Shown piece by piece: positions 25,770 to 39,085 of a stretch of 64,000 nucleotides of DNA. Position numbers and translations under genes: made by a program. Position 1 is the first letter of the stretch, and each line of letters begins with the position of its first letter. The notes under the pieces are model-generated. The model was not told where the DNA came from. It saw only the letters and a list, made by a program, of their open reading frames with translations, and did no database searches. This stretch comes from Eledone cirrhosa (Eukaryota): positions 11,594,001 to 11,658,000 of the forward strand of contig OZ024746.1 in the NCBI GenBank assembly GCA_964016885.1, given 5' to 3'.

Positions 25770-26311
25770 TCAGTCCTGCATACTCATCCAATGTCTAAGT
25801 ATTGTTAAACACCTGTTGTCACGTGTAGGAGGGACCTGTTCATCAACTGAGTCCATCGTGAGGATCACTCCGCCGCCTTCTTTTAGCCAGGAAGGTCAGG
25901 CAGTTTTTATCTGCCTGGTGGCCATGGCAAAAGAGGCTGAGTGGTCTGCACATTTGAAAGGGTTGAAGACAAGCACTTTCCTTTTTCGGCAAAGTCCTGA
26001 TTAACTTTTTCAGGTTTCATTTGAAGGGAAAAATCAGGGTGGAAAAGGCCTTCCAAACAGTATGGTGAGAGGTGCCAAGCAATCAATGTAACAGTGGTTT
26101 TTTGTGGGCTTTCTCCATGAGTGACCCTCAGAGGTCTTCTCTTAATGGAGAGTTTGTTTGATTTTTAAATGTTTTTTTTTTTGTTTGTTTTTTTTTTAGT
26201 TTTTGTTATAACCTTTTTTTACACACAGAAACCCATATTGTATTGTCTGTGCTGTCTCTAGTGTTTGCTTAATGCTGGCCATGTGTGGTTAATAAAGAAA
26301 TTATTATTATT
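25770..26311 (+). mobile_element. 5'-truncated LINE 3' end, probably L1/Tx1 clade
   Basis: Remnant peptide LIQC..LLSRVG..ESIVRI..AVFICLVAMAKEAEW..LKGLK resembles Tx1 ORF2 C-termini. Followed by a T-rich 3'UTR, AATAAA and an (ATT)n tail. 5' end abuts a CA/TG microsatellite. Confidence 0.6.
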
Positions 26312-26649
26312 AGTAGTAGTAGTATTATCATCATCACAATTGTTACTTAATATTTTTACATCAGTCTTTGTAATATCACAAGTTGAAAGATAGCACAAAT
26401 ATAAGTTTGGGATGAAGTGAATTAGTTTTCAACCATCTCTAGTCAAATACCTTTCTCAACACTAATGAAACTGTCAGGTGAGAGTGGTACAGACCTTTAA
26501 ACAAGCATTGATTTTAAAAAACCAATAGCATGTTTCCAAATTAATAGCAGTCTCTTGAGATGGCAGTGGATGAACAGTCAAAATAAAGTAGGTAGAGATA
26601 GTATGAATATACATTTTGAAAAGATTATAGGAAATGATCAATATTATTG

Positions 26650-26820
26650 TCATTGTTTAGTCCCTGGTCAAAGGCATTCCAATTGAGGCCATACCATATT
26701 TTTGCATACCAGCAGCGACTATATTATCCAATGTACCCTTCTTTAAAATGGTAGGGTGTTATTTGGTTGCTATTCCTAGTAGTTTGAGTCACCAGGTAGA
26801 GGCTCCTTCTTAAGCTTGAT
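26650..26820. mobile_element. Interspersed repeat, unclassified (related copies near 9730-9890, 26870-26950, 43910-44095, 63650-63745)
   Basis: Shared motifs aaaggcattcc..., gactacattatccaatgt, tttggctgctatttctag and tagaggctccct, or their reverse complements. Confidence 0.55.
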
Positions 26821-27039
26821 GGGCAAGGTTGTTTTTTAATCTCAAATCAACAATGAACAAGCAAACCTAACAGTAAAGGCATTCCTGCCACGGCTACTCC
26901 ATTTTTTTACATGTAGATGTGACTACATTATCCAATGTAGTCTTTCCTTATGCTAAGAGATCTGAAAACAAATTGGTACAATAAAGCATTTGGGCCAGTG
27001 GAAAGCACTTAATAGATCTGGATGCCTATCAAAGTTCAT

Positions 27040-27810
27040 TTGTATGATAGAGTCCCTACATAGTGGCATAAGCATTCAGGTTGGGTAGATAACTCCCAAT
27101 ATAGAGTTCAGGTTAGGTAGATAACTGCAGCTCTGCACAGTTTGATGTTACAATAGGAGTCAAGCAGGGCTGTGTGCTAGCATCAATATTAGTCTTACTA
27201 TGTTTGTTAGTGATGCTTGAAGAAGCATTCTGCAGTGCCCTTTAAGGTATACGTACAAACAAGACCTGGTGTTAATGTTTCAAGTTAAAACCAAGACCAC
27301 ACATATTTTAGTGAGAGAAATGTTATTTACTGATGATTATATACTTGTCTCACACAATACAGAGATTCATAGAGGTTTTTGATGCTGTGAACAGAAAGTT
27401 TGACTTGAAAATTAACATTTATCAACCAAATCCTGACTGAACCTAAGTGGCAGTGGAACAGCCTAAGCTCATTGTTACCAAAAGACTGGAGCTAGTAGAA
27501 GCAAACCACTCTGAGAGAGCAACTGTAGAATATCACATATTAGTCTGAGAGAAAAGTAAACTATACATCCTGTTATACAGATCAGTTGCACAGATGGTAT
27601 ACTGCAAACCAGCAAAAAGTAAGAAGAAAAAAAACAGCATACATTCATAATGAGACATGTGATAGAGATCAACATCACGTGGAAAGAGCTGAAGCTGGGA
27701 GACAACAGTTGAGGATAGAATCTAAAGAAGGAAATCAATTCACTAATACTATGACCCATGACATGTCATATAGACAGTTAGTGTTCAATATCAATTAACT
27801 GCCTATGATG
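27040..27810 (+). mobile_element. Highly decayed RTE (BovB-like) LINE RT/3' fragment
   Basis: Remnant motifs FDVTIGVKQGCVLA and VREMLFTDD, followed by internally deleted 3' parts. Confidence 0.7.
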
Positions 27811-27819
27811 AGGCTATGA

Positions 27820-28062
27820 TTAAACCCTTTTGATACCAACCTGCCCAAAACTGCCTCGGTTCATATGAAACAAAACCACCACCCATTTCAAAAGGTTTCT
27901 ATTTAAATTAAAGCTTTTCAACATAATTTTATGTTAAAATATTTTGTTACAAATACCAACTTAATAATGAAATAACCAATAATTTTAGTAAATCACTCCA
28001 AATTCTTCATTAATTAATCAAAATATAGTGTATTTCATTAGAAATATGGTAACGAAAGGTAG
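27820..28062 (+). mobile_element. piggyBac-type MITE, family A
   Basis: taaacccttttgataccaacc...aacgaaaggtag. Confidence 0.75.
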
Positions 28063-29264
28063 ATTTAGCTACAATATTAAACAGGTTGAACAACCACAGA
28101 GGCTCCCTTGAGCAGGTAAAGTTAATAGATTACATTGAGACTTAAGCTGATGAAAACAATGAGCTGGAGTTATTTCATGTTATTCTAATGTCCAGAAATA
28201 ATAAAGAAAATTAACTAAACAAAGTTTAGAACTGTTATCAATTGTGTAAACTTGGCAAGCACAAACCAAACTCTTATAATCAATAGAAACTGATATAAGC
28301 TGAAATAATGTTTTCATGATAAAAATAATTAATATAATTAATATATATGTTCATTTATATATTTATTCATGTGGAAAAATATATTGTGACAATGTGTATC
28401 TCATCTTTCAATTAGCAATGGTTTTATATTCCCTCACCTGCCCAAATCAAGCTATTTGATTGTCTTTCTCCAGGTTAAGCAGTACTACTTCATCATTTCC
28501 AATATTTACATCAAGTTTATTATATATTAATGGTGAAGTGACAGAGTTGTTACAACATCAGATGGAATGCTTTGCAGTATTTGTTATGGCTCTCTTGAGT
28601 TTGACCAACTTTGCCTTTCATATACTCCTCTTTATCTCTTTCTCAGGAAGAAATTGACTATGTTCAGACCTGGAGAGAGGATGGGCTCCATAAAGGCTCA
28701 AAGTGCCCTAGTGTGTCATTATGGTGCCCTTAACTCCATCAGGAGTTACATATCCATAAATGCATATTATTTGTTGAATAAAATATTTAACCAAAAAAAC
28801 ATTTTTTTTTTTTAAAGAAAAAATATATATTGAGTAATAGAAAGAGATAACAGCATCTATATTTGTGAGTTTAGGATGTTTGAATATATGATAAATAATA
28901 ATTTGCAGAATGTAATCTGGCACTATCAATGAAGCTATGCTGAGAGTTTCCAAGACTTACAACTACAAATACTGATGTTTTAACATTTATGTATTCATAT
29001 ATTTATTTATCTACACTTCTATATATTTCAGAGATGAATTATTACTCAAGTAAGTAAACATTGATTGGAATGCTTATGTTTATATTTGCAATTATTATGG
29101 CCTGGTTGGGATAACCTCCAATTTCTCTCTCTCTCTCTCATGCACACAATCATTCATTGCAATTTATAGGATTTATTTATAATATTTATAATACCATCAT
29201 TCCACAGGACAAAAATGTACCAACTTTTATAATAGTTTCAGTAAATGTGCTGACTTATAAATCT

Positions 29265-29750
29265 CAATAACTGTTTTACTGTCAATAAAGTCAAGAGGAA
29301 TATACCTAAGTCCTTCTAGATATACAATAACTGTTTTACTGTCAATAAAGCCAAGAAGTATATACCTAAGTCCTTCTAGATGATATACAATAACTGTTTT
29401 ACTGTCAATAAAGCCAAGAAGTATATACCTAAGTCCTTCTAGATCACATACAATAACTGTTTTACTGTCAATAAAGCCAAGAAGTATATACCTAAGTCCT
29501 TCTAGATCACATACAATAACTGTTTTACTGTCAATAAAGCCAAGAAGTATAAACCTAAGTCCTAGATGATATACAATAACTGTTTTACTGTCAATAAAGT
29601 CAAGAAGTATATACCTAAGTCCTTCTAGATGATATACAATAACTGTTTTACTGTCAATAAAGTCAAGAAGTATATACCTAAGTCCGTCTAGATGATATAC
29701 AATAACTGCTTTACTATCAATAAGTCAACAGAAACATACCTGAGTCCTAA
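29265..29750 (+). repeat. ~60-63-bp minisatellite, about 8 copies
   Basis: Unit caataactgttttactgtcaataaagccaagaagtatatacctaagtccttctagatgatata; last copy degenerate. Confidence 0.95.
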
Positions 29751-30950
29751 AGTTAACAGGATAATATGCCTAAGTCCTACTAGACCATATACATTTTGTA
29801 CATACCTCCACATACCTACTATGTACAAAGACAGAACATAATTACCAACTACTAGCCTTCTAGCCTTTCAAACACAAATGCAATGTACAGAAACAAATGT
29901 TGAAACATCTATTGTTTTCTGAACTCTAACAAAAAGACCATTATAACATCAAAGTTTCCACTTCATGAGGAGAGGGAATTAAACATCCCAGAAATTCTAA
30001 AGTTTTGAAAAAGGCATATCACCAGATGTATCCAATATCAGATTTAACAAGAAGTTCCTCCTAATAAACCAAATCCTGTATTCACATATAAGTATAAGAT
30101 GAAACATCTATATGAAGATTCTAAGAATTTGTGGACATTATAATACCACTCCAAAAATGCCAATCTAAAGTACTTATACTTAAGTGATTGACAAAATAAA
30201 TATATGAATATGTATCTTCTGCTGCATTTCAGGCAGGATTAATAACTGAAAACATATACATATGACCTTATGGGATTGTTTCTATTATGGAAAAAATTGA
30301 CATAATACTGAGGCCCTGTTAAACATTGTTCAGACCTCAGACCAATATGGCAATCTTTAAGAAAATAAATTTATTTAAATTCATGTATTCCTAAAGAACA
30401 GCAACAATGATACCACTTGCAGTAATGATTTCTCATGTATGCCAAAATAAGTCACTGGAAACAGATCAGGGAATACAGTGATTAAATAATATCGCAGAAC
30501 TACGAGATCAATAGCAACCAATCTATATTACAAACTAATTTGTCTATTTATCTCCATAACAATTAAAATACATGTAGAGATAAATATAATTGACAATAGC
30601 ACGCCAGCCATACATTCCTGAACATTTGGAATATAATGACAATGTAATTAAAATCAAAACTGAAAATACTTGTTTTGCTACAGAATTGTCATATCATTAA
30701 ACATATGATGCACATATAAAATATCTTTATGAAAAAAAGGAGAAAAAGAAGAAAGAAAAGAAAAATTTATTATTAATCTTTGATAAGGAAATCTATCGCT
30801 TCAGTATCTAGATAATTTAATAAACTTGTTCAAGCACACTAATATCATATTTAGATTAGCATGGCAAATGAGCTTGACATTCAAATCTGAATCAAAGACA
30901 CAAATGAAATATAAATAAAATATTGGAAACAAATTTGTTCTTTCTGAAAA

Positions 30951-30953
<3 letters not shown>

Positions 30954-31000
<47 letters not shown>

Positions 31001-31022
31001 GTGTGTGTGTATATATATATAT
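30954..31022. repeat. (TA)n/(TG)n compound microsatellite
   Basis: Directly visible. Confidence 0.95.
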
Positions 31023-31994
31023 CTTTGGATGTTCATGATTTAGGTTTTAAGTAATTTTATCAGGTAAAGGCATCACTGCCTTTCTCTGATCTTTTTGTAT
31101 ATATAAAGAGGCAGTGTCACAATGTGTCCTTCCTTAACTTTAAAAGAGTAATAACTTATAATAAAAAGAAATGAAAAATTAATGAAATAATTTAAAAACA
31201 TTTATATTTAAAAAAATGTCTTTAATTTTAAAATACTGAAATATGAAAGTTTTCTATTCTTTTTTTTTTATAAACATGAAGAATATTCCCTTTGTTTCTT
31301 CCAAATTGTAATTGCTCTAAGAATGACAGCAAAAGACTAGTAGCCAGAAGTGAAAAAGAAGTAAATCTATGTTTAAAGATGGAAACAAAGGGTAGCAGAG
31401 AAGATGATTTTGGTGAATGTAGAGAGACTGAGCTGTGAGTTTTGAACAAAGATGGTAATCAAAATGAAAAACAAATGTAACACTTTTATTAAAATATATT
31501 GAAATTTGAATTCTAAAGATTCTGCTATAGTTTGGGATTGGTTCCAAAAGTAGTTTAGAGTTTTGGTTACATATACAGCTATACTTGCTTTATGATCTGA
31601 ATATATTTAAATCATACACACATACACACAAATTGCCTAGCATTAATTTCTAGTCTCCAATTTTTTATATTTTCAAAAAGACAAAACACAAAAAAAAAAT
31701 GTATAAATAATGGAAATTTTATATATTCAACATTATTCCAACTAATCTGTATCAGTTTGACTTTAAATTGCTGTATATTTAAATATTTGACCATTGCAAC
31801 TATGTAATGCTAACAATATTTTAACAATATAGCAAATATTATTTTAAATCTTAAAGTGTAATAATCCAAGATGTGTTTTAAGAAAAGTTTTCCTGGATGT
31901 CAACAAAACAGTAGTGAACTCAAATATACATCGATCAATAAACACTAAATACTTGTAAGCTGAGATGTGGAAAAAATATGAGAGGAAAACTTAC

Positions 31995-32099
31995 CGCAAT
32001 GTCTTGAGAAGGCCTGTGGTTTGATGACAAGCTGACATGTATCACATACTACCAGGTAAAGTTCATCCTTCGTTGGACATAATCCATATAAAGGCATAT
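31995..32099 (-). CDS. ATXN7: Internal coding exon (105 nt, phase 1/phase 1) of an ataxin-7 family gene (ATXN7/ATXN7L, Sgf73 homolog; SAGA deubiquitinase module), N-terminal zinc-finger segment
   Basis: Translates as (D)MPLYGLCPTKDELYLVVCDTCQLVIKPQAFSRHC(E/G). This matches the ataxin-7 motif DMPIFGxCPAxDDFYLVVCNxCNQVVKPQAFQSH as I recall it. Acceptor on the minus strand is ...catttttattttccatttcAG and donor is TGCG|GTAAGT. Length is divisible by 3. Which paralog name applies is uncertain. Confidence 0.88.
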
Positions 32100-32969
32100 C
32101 TGAAATGGAAAATAAAAATGCATAAGTAAAAAAAATATTATAAGACTCTTTTGATCCTATGATCAAATGAATGTAGATTTTTAAAAAATGGAGTTTGAAT
32201 AAAGTTATGTTTCACATTACAAGATAGAACTGAAATCTTAACACTTATGGGAGGGCTTCTGTCTAAATTCAAAATTGAATAATTTTATAATTACTGCTTA
32301 TCAAAAAGAAAAAAAATGGTTATATTTTATATGAATAAATTACATTTAGAAAGCAATTTGGATTGTCTGACTGTAATTACAAATAAGAATTATAAATCAC
32401 AGGTTAATAGCTTGCTGTCTGTCAACTGTACAATTGAATTGGTATTAACAGATTGAAATTATCATTTTCACAGTTGAACCATGTTATTATCATAAGTGAT
32501 CTCAAAAGAATTGAAGACAAAAACATTTGTAGATGATGTAACAACATTGTAGATTTATAAGAACAGCAAAAATATTGAATTCTTTAAAATATTTGTTGAA
32601 AACAGAAGCACAATATATAATGAAGGTTAAAAAACAAAACAACAGAAAACTAAAACAACAGAAAACTAAATGATCAAAAAAAAGAGTTAGGTGACATTGA
32701 ATACACAAACTGTTTGACAAATTAGCCGAACTAAATAGAATGACAGATTGGCTAAGTTTCTTATCAAATATTTATTCAGCCTTATAGATTTTTTTCCAAT
32801 GCTGCCTCTGATAATAAAAATGTAAAAAACCATTTTAAACTGCTGGATAGAATATAACAGTAAATGATTCTATTTCTACAGATACACTGCAGTCAAGATG
32901 GAAGAGAAGATATCAAAATAATCCTTGAATTTCTGTAGGATCAGAGATTTATTCTATTAAATTAGTTAT

Positions 32970-33158
32970 TAGGTAAAATTCTGTTATAATAAATACAATT
33001 ATAACAAATTTTTCAATATAATGAAACCTTTTTCTATCCCCAGGGTAATAACAAACAAACGTTCAATTTGTTTTGGTCAATCTCGTTATAAAGTATTTTT
33101 CGTTGCAACAAATTGTTTTTATACCCCATGAATTTCGTTACAATGGAATTTCACTGTA
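32970..33158. mobile_element. Tc1/mariner-superfamily (pogo/Tigger-like) MITE remnant
   Basis: Left end taggtaaaattctgttataataaa versus reverse complement of the right end tacagtgaaattccattgtaacgaa; TA flanks; internal ttcgttataa-like subterminal repeats. Confidence 0.6.
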
Positions 33159-34079
33159 TAGCAATAAATATGTAAAGAAAAATTATGAATGACAGTCAAT
33201 TAATTTATTGATGACAGGGCATTGATTGCTAAAGCTATTGAATATTCTAGTTTGAGAAAAGAAGTCCAAAATGAAAATAGAGGTATGTAGGGGTGAAATG
33301 CACAAAACGTAAACTATATCTTAAATAGGAAGACGGATAAGGTTGTTTGGCAAGTATTTTTTTCTCTTGCAATACAAGCATTCAGCAGGAGTATACTATC
33401 ATATCAACTCCCATAAATTCAATTTCTAGTACTTTTTAGCTAATTTTTTTTTTAGTTTTTTTTTTTTTAGTTTTTTTTTAATTATTATTAGAGATATTCT
33501 ACAACACACAATTCCCTTCTGTATTCCTTGTACTAGCAAGAAGAAAAAAAGAAAAAAAAGAAATACATGAATTTTAATTATCATAATTATGTCTAAGATT
33601 ATTGATTATCAAAAGCCAATAAAAGAAGAGATTTCCATTGTTAAGCCAACAGTTGACTTAAAAGCTAAAGAACCAGTTTCACTACTGGTATGCTGCTAAC
33701 AGCATACTTTCTGGAATTCTACTGGTGCTTGTTGAGAAAAATTATACACCAACTTGAAACTAATGCATTGCAAATAATGACAATATTTTTTTTTTTACAT
33801 TTGATACTAAACAGAAAGGAAATGAAGTAAAAGAACATTTACAGCAAACACAAGACTACAATTAAAGATAAAACTCTTTGTTACTTGATTTCTATAAGTT
33901 ATAAACTAATCAGTAAACAATAAAGTAATTATTACTATTGTTAATTCTGGGGAGAACAGCCATTGGTCAATCCTTCACTCTGGTACACATAACCCCTATC
34001 TATAATTGGCTAGTTAATCTAGGTATGACTAAACTATGTAAACACAATGCTGTGTTGGACCTCCATCACTGACAACGAT

Positions 34080-34365
34080 TGTTGTTTGAACAATGTAACT
34101 GTCTGCTCATAAAATTAATGTGTAAGTAGCTCAACATTCCACAGACACATGTACCCCTAACATAGTTCTCAGGGAGATTCAATGGGCATACTGTGTGACA
34201 TGGCTGACCCTTTCAATTACAGGGAGAACTAATTTTTTGCAGCTGAGTCAACTGGAGCAACATGAAATAAAGTGTCTTGCTAAAGAACACAACGTGCAGC
34301 TGGGAATTGAACTCACAACCTTATGGTCATGGGCAGAAGGCTCTAACCACGAAACCACATGCCCA
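34080..34365 (-). mobile_element. tRNA-derived SINE, second family, with a conserved central domain
   Basis: tRNA-like head (reverse complement of ggaattgaactcacaacc...ctctaaccac) and core cagctgagtcaactggagcaacatgaaataaagtgtcttgc, also present at 63100-63200. Confidence 0.7.
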
Positions 34366-34684
34366 GTGGTAGACTTGATATGTCATCTGGTTTAACACTA
34401 TGATCAGGTCCTGGGGTGTGTTTAGCACAGTTCACTCAGTGGTAAGCATATGTGAATACCTTCCTTCCTATCACCAGTTTTAGAGGTTATGAAAAAATAA
34501 AGGGTCATAGCTGTTGCTCTTCCATCCTTGACTAAAGAGTTAAAAGAAAAGAGGAAGACAAAAATTTAAATGAAGGAAGAAAATACAACAGATGACAATT
34601 CATTAAAACAACAATACAGTAGTTGACTTCAATAATAGTAGATTTCAGGCTATGTTTCAATCTTAACTGGTGTAGAAATATTCA

Positions 34685-35172
34685 AATACCTCTCTCCCTA
34701 CATATAAAAGGTCGCCTGTATGATGCCTGTGTGCAACATGCAATGCTGCATGGTAGTGAAACATGAGCAGTGACTGCAGAGGACATGTATAGACTAGAGA
34801 GAAATGAAGCAACCATGCTCCATTGGATGAGCAATGTAAGAGAGATATAGGCAGAGCTTGGATGAGTTGAGGGAGAGGCTGGGTTTAAGAGGAGGCCAAG
34901 GTGAGGTGCAGGAGAGAAGACTGTTTTGGTATGAATATGTGATGCACATGGACAGTGATCACTGCGTGAAGAAGTGCCAGTGAAAAGAAGCTGCAGTATG
35001 GGGTAGATCAAGAAAAACCTGGGCAGAGGTTGTGAGAGCTAACCTCAAATCACTGAGACTCAAAGGAGATGACAAAGGAATGTGATGAGTGGAGAGATGC
35101 CATGCTGAGAAGGACCTGTCCAACCCATGCAAGTGTGGGGAAAAAAAGACGTAAAAACAATGATGATGATGA
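34685..35172 (+). mobile_element. Decayed RTE LINE 3' fragment with (ATG)n tail
   Basis: LSLHIKGRLYDACVQHAMLHGSET* is homologous to the 42139 element; ends aacccatgcaagtgtgg...gacgtaaaaacaatgatgatgatgat. Confidence 0.85.
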
Positions 35173-38129
35173 TCCTATGTATGAAAAATGGATGTAAAAA
35201 AATGAAAAGGGGAAACACTTTTATTCAATACAGGATCCATCTAACCCATGGAAAATGGACATTCCACTATGATGATGAAATTGTAGTAAAAGGGAAAAAC
35301 CAGAGTTTTGCCACCAAGTATAAACAGCCAACAACCAATAAAACCAAACTCTTGCAAATGCCTTTGACATTATGTTTAAAATAAACTATAACCATAAAAT
35401 TTACTTTCCAATCATATTCTAAAGCAAGCATATAAAAACATCAAATTGATGGTAACAGCAGATATGTAGAAAGATAATTTTTACATTAAGTTCTAGTTGG
35501 TGAAGGCTTCCATCACAGGAGAGTTGAACTTTCACATGTTTTAACCTTTTAAGGAACCGTTTCCATGAATTAAAAAGTTTCTACATAATTGCAATACAAT
35601 TTACAACCCAAAGCTGTCATCTGATCTTACAGAGTAAGAATTCAAGTTATAAACAATTTTCATAAGATGGTAGCTTGATATTCCAAACTTCTCAATACTG
35701 ATTTTTTAAAAACAATTTAATGATTACATTAAATTCTAATAAATAGTTCAATACAGTTCTTATGGCAAGAAAGCTTACATGTAATTAATAAAAACAATGT
35801 TTTACTTTTTAAAGCTCAGCTTAAAGTTTCAAACTAAAATAAGTAAAATTGGGATTTTGTTTTTAACTTATAAGAATGGGTGCATGAGAAAGAGAGAGCA
35901 GTTGTAAATTTGTTCATTACTTCTACTCCTGATTTTAAAATATTACACTATTTCACAAGTAGGAAAATGAAATTTTGAAGATGATATTAATAAATAATTT
36001 TTCCCAACTACAAAATACAACAAACCTAAATCAGCTAAAAACACACTACATAAATTACAATTATCCAGTTAAATAAAATTAAAACAACAACAGAAAAAAA
36101 CCCTTTGTACCAGAGACATTTCAACAAGGATCCTAGTCCATACAGTATCAGAGCCATGATACAATATATTTCTTTTTTTCTTACATAACACTATCCAAGA
36201 ACTAAGCATAAATTTGAACTAGCCAAAAACACCACAAAATAGAATTACACAGTTAATAATAATCAATTTATTATTATCACTATTTCTTCACTTTATATAT
36301 TTTAGTTAACATTAAGAATAAAGAGAAAATATATATCCATCCCATACTCTGACCTTTTATGATCAGAGATATCTGCCAGCCTTATCGACTTTAGGAAAAT
36401 GAGAAAAAATTGAGAGCTATGCTGTTCAGATACTTTTTCAATGGAATTAAGAGCGTAGGTGAAAAGAAATAGACATACATGAGATTCAAACTAGAGTGCT
36501 AAACAGTTGACATGAAAGAGAAGATAAAGTCATCCATTAAAAGTCATAGTTGAAATAACATACTACACAAAATATTAAAGCATATCTATGAAGTTGATAC
36601 AATAACAGTTATAACATTTTGGAGGCAGTTTTTGTCAAAACCATAAGCATGAAACAATAGTAAGTCAAATATAATGATGCACCTTATAACCATTAAATTA
36701 AAAAAGCTCATTATTATATGTTAGTATTTTGTATTTCTATTTTTACAAATGCTATTTGGGCTTTGTTAACATAAAGATAGCCTTCACAATTTTAGTAAAT
36801 GGCAGTTGCAACAAACCAAGTCAAGAAAAAGTTAGGATTATTATGAATAGTTGATTTGAATTCAATGTTACTACATTGTTGATCATTAGATTACTTAGCC
36901 CTCAAAAGCCCTCAAATAGCCCAGTTCATTTAATTATAAGTCAGAACCATACAGTGTTTCAACCCTCAGTAGTAAGAAAGCAAATTATTATAAAATACAA
37001 ACCACATGTAAACCAGATAGATAAACTTTAACGGATTCATACAACAAAGTGAAATTTATAGCCTATAATAGAGATCCACAGTTACATTTTAGTTTGTTTT
37101 GATAAAGAAACACAGCTCTGTTTCATAATAGAACATGGTGAAGAAGTTTTAATAAAGACACACCTCTGTTTCATAATAGTGTATGGTGAAGAAATATCAA
37201 ATAATACCCCAGCTTGCCTGTTTGACTACAAAGTTATTTTTGATGTTAAATTCACATTTTATTTAATTAAAGTGGTGTTTTTAATCTTTTCATCTTTCCT
37301 AATTTTACTCTCAAAGCATAATTGACTTCGATGACAGTTGGATCAGTCTCATATCTAATTTGCAAGTTAATTCCAGATTGGTATTTAAAAAGTTTTAGGA
37401 ATTAGTTTATTTATTCTAATTAGCAGTTAAAGTTATAAGTGTCCTTAACACATTTGATACCAACCTAGCCGAAACAAGTTCTGATTCTATGAAACAAAAC
37501 CATCCAATACACTTTGTAAAGTGGTTGGTGTTAGGAAGGGAATCCAGTTGTAAAAACCATACCAGATATGGAGTGTATGAGCAAGATGGTCATTCCAACC
37601 CAGCTGGCACTGAACCATGACAACCTGTCCAACCCATGCCAGCATTGAAAGTGGATGTAAAATAATAAGGTGATTGTTTCAATCATAGCAGAAAACAATT
37701 GTTACAAGTAAAAAGAGATAAAACAGACATTACTAAAATACAAATTGAGGGAATTCTACACAGAGGTCAGAACACTGGTTCGGAAAATTTACAGTACATT
37801 AGTTTATAATCTTAGAATTCTGAGTTCAAATTTCATTACGATAAACTTGAGAGTGGGTTAAGTAAAGAACACTCTTTAACTGCAACTAACGTTATGTTAA
37901 GTTACAGTCACACATCTACAAAGAGGAAAACATATTTCAAAGTTATGATAATGCGATTGGTATTTTAAAATTTGAATGTTTATTCTTTTACTGGTTTGAG
38001 TCATTAGACTATGGCCTTAAGAATTATTTAGTTGATCACATCAACCCCAGAATGTATTTTCCAAGTCTGGTATTTATATTATCAATCTCTTTTTGGTGAA
38101 ACACTAAGTTATAGAGTATTAACACAGAC

Positions 38130-38285
38130 ACACGAGGAACTTCTGTAGTTTGTATCTAACTTTCACTCCCAAGGCATTGGTCAACCTGAGGCTAGCAGAA
38201 ACACCCTACAGCTATGCAGTAGGAATAAACCTGAAACCACATGATAGCAAAGCAAACTCTTTAACCACACAGCCATGCCTAAGCC
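38130..38285 (-). mobile_element. tRNA-derived SINE remnant, third type (related copy ~21620-21820)
   Basis: tRNA-like head, reverse complement of aaccacatgatagcaaagcaaactctttaaccacacagccatgcct. Confidence 0.55.
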
Positions 38286-38714
38286 TATTTGAGGAATATG
38301 TTTTTCTAATCAGGAACAAAAATTATAAATGTTCTTTGAACCATTTTCATACTATGGACCTATGGACTGTACTATGATGATGATATCTAACTGTTGCTGG
38401 TACCTTTCACAGAATTCATTTAAACAGTGTGATTGTGTACTGACAGTAATAAATTTACTGTCAGTACAGAAGTGTCTGAAACCTCTTACCTATGTCACTC
38501 ATCCTTAATGAGCAAAAAAAAAAAAAAATAGAATTTGAGTTGTCAATAGTGATTCTCACTAAAAGCTATTGGAAAAAGGTTGTTTTTTTAATTGTTTTTC
38601 TATCATCATCATTGTTGCCATTTAATGTCTACTTTCCTTGCTAATAAAAATTAGATAGGTCATCAGCAGACCAGGTCAGTACTCAAGTAGAAGCATTGAT
38701 CCCACAGATGGACC

Positions 38715-38971
38715 GGGAACCTGACTCCCATTTACATATATTCCTGTACTCTACCAAGTACTCAGACAGGCCAGTAACCCCTGAGAGCTTGCCTCCTGTT
38801 TACATATATTCATGTACTCAACCAAGTACATGCCAGCGATCCCTGGGAGCTTGACTCCCATTTACATATATTCCTGTACTCTACCAAGTACTCAGACATG
38901 CCGATGACCCCTGTGAGCTTGCCTCCTGTTTACATATGTTCCTGTACTCTACTAAGTACAGGCCAGTAACC
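38715..38971 (+). repeat. Tandem repeat with dimeric higher-order structure (120-bp period, 4 monomers of ~57-63 bp)
   Basis: Monomers alternate gactcccatttacatatattcctgtactctaccaagtactcagac and gcctcctgtttacatat..tgtactc.accaagtac. Confidence 0.9.
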
Positions 38972-38985
38972 GACAAAAACAAGAA

Positions 38986-39085
38986 CCATAATAATTGTTT
39001 CTACTTTAGGCACAAGGCCAGCAATTACCCAGTGCATTACTGGTACTTTATTTTATCGCCCCCGTAAGGATGAAAGGCAAAGTTA
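38986..39085 (-). mobile_element. 5'-truncated young SINE (7972 family)
   Basis: Reverse complement is nearly identical to 39464-39558. Confidence 0.9.

Noticed and set aside
29265-29750. CRISPR-like ~61-bp periodicity
   Set aside because: The whole unit is repeated with no variable spacer; it is a minisatellite
31228-31547. Possible next ATXN7 exon
   Set aside because: No RRH-like continuation of the zinc finger and no convincing splice sites
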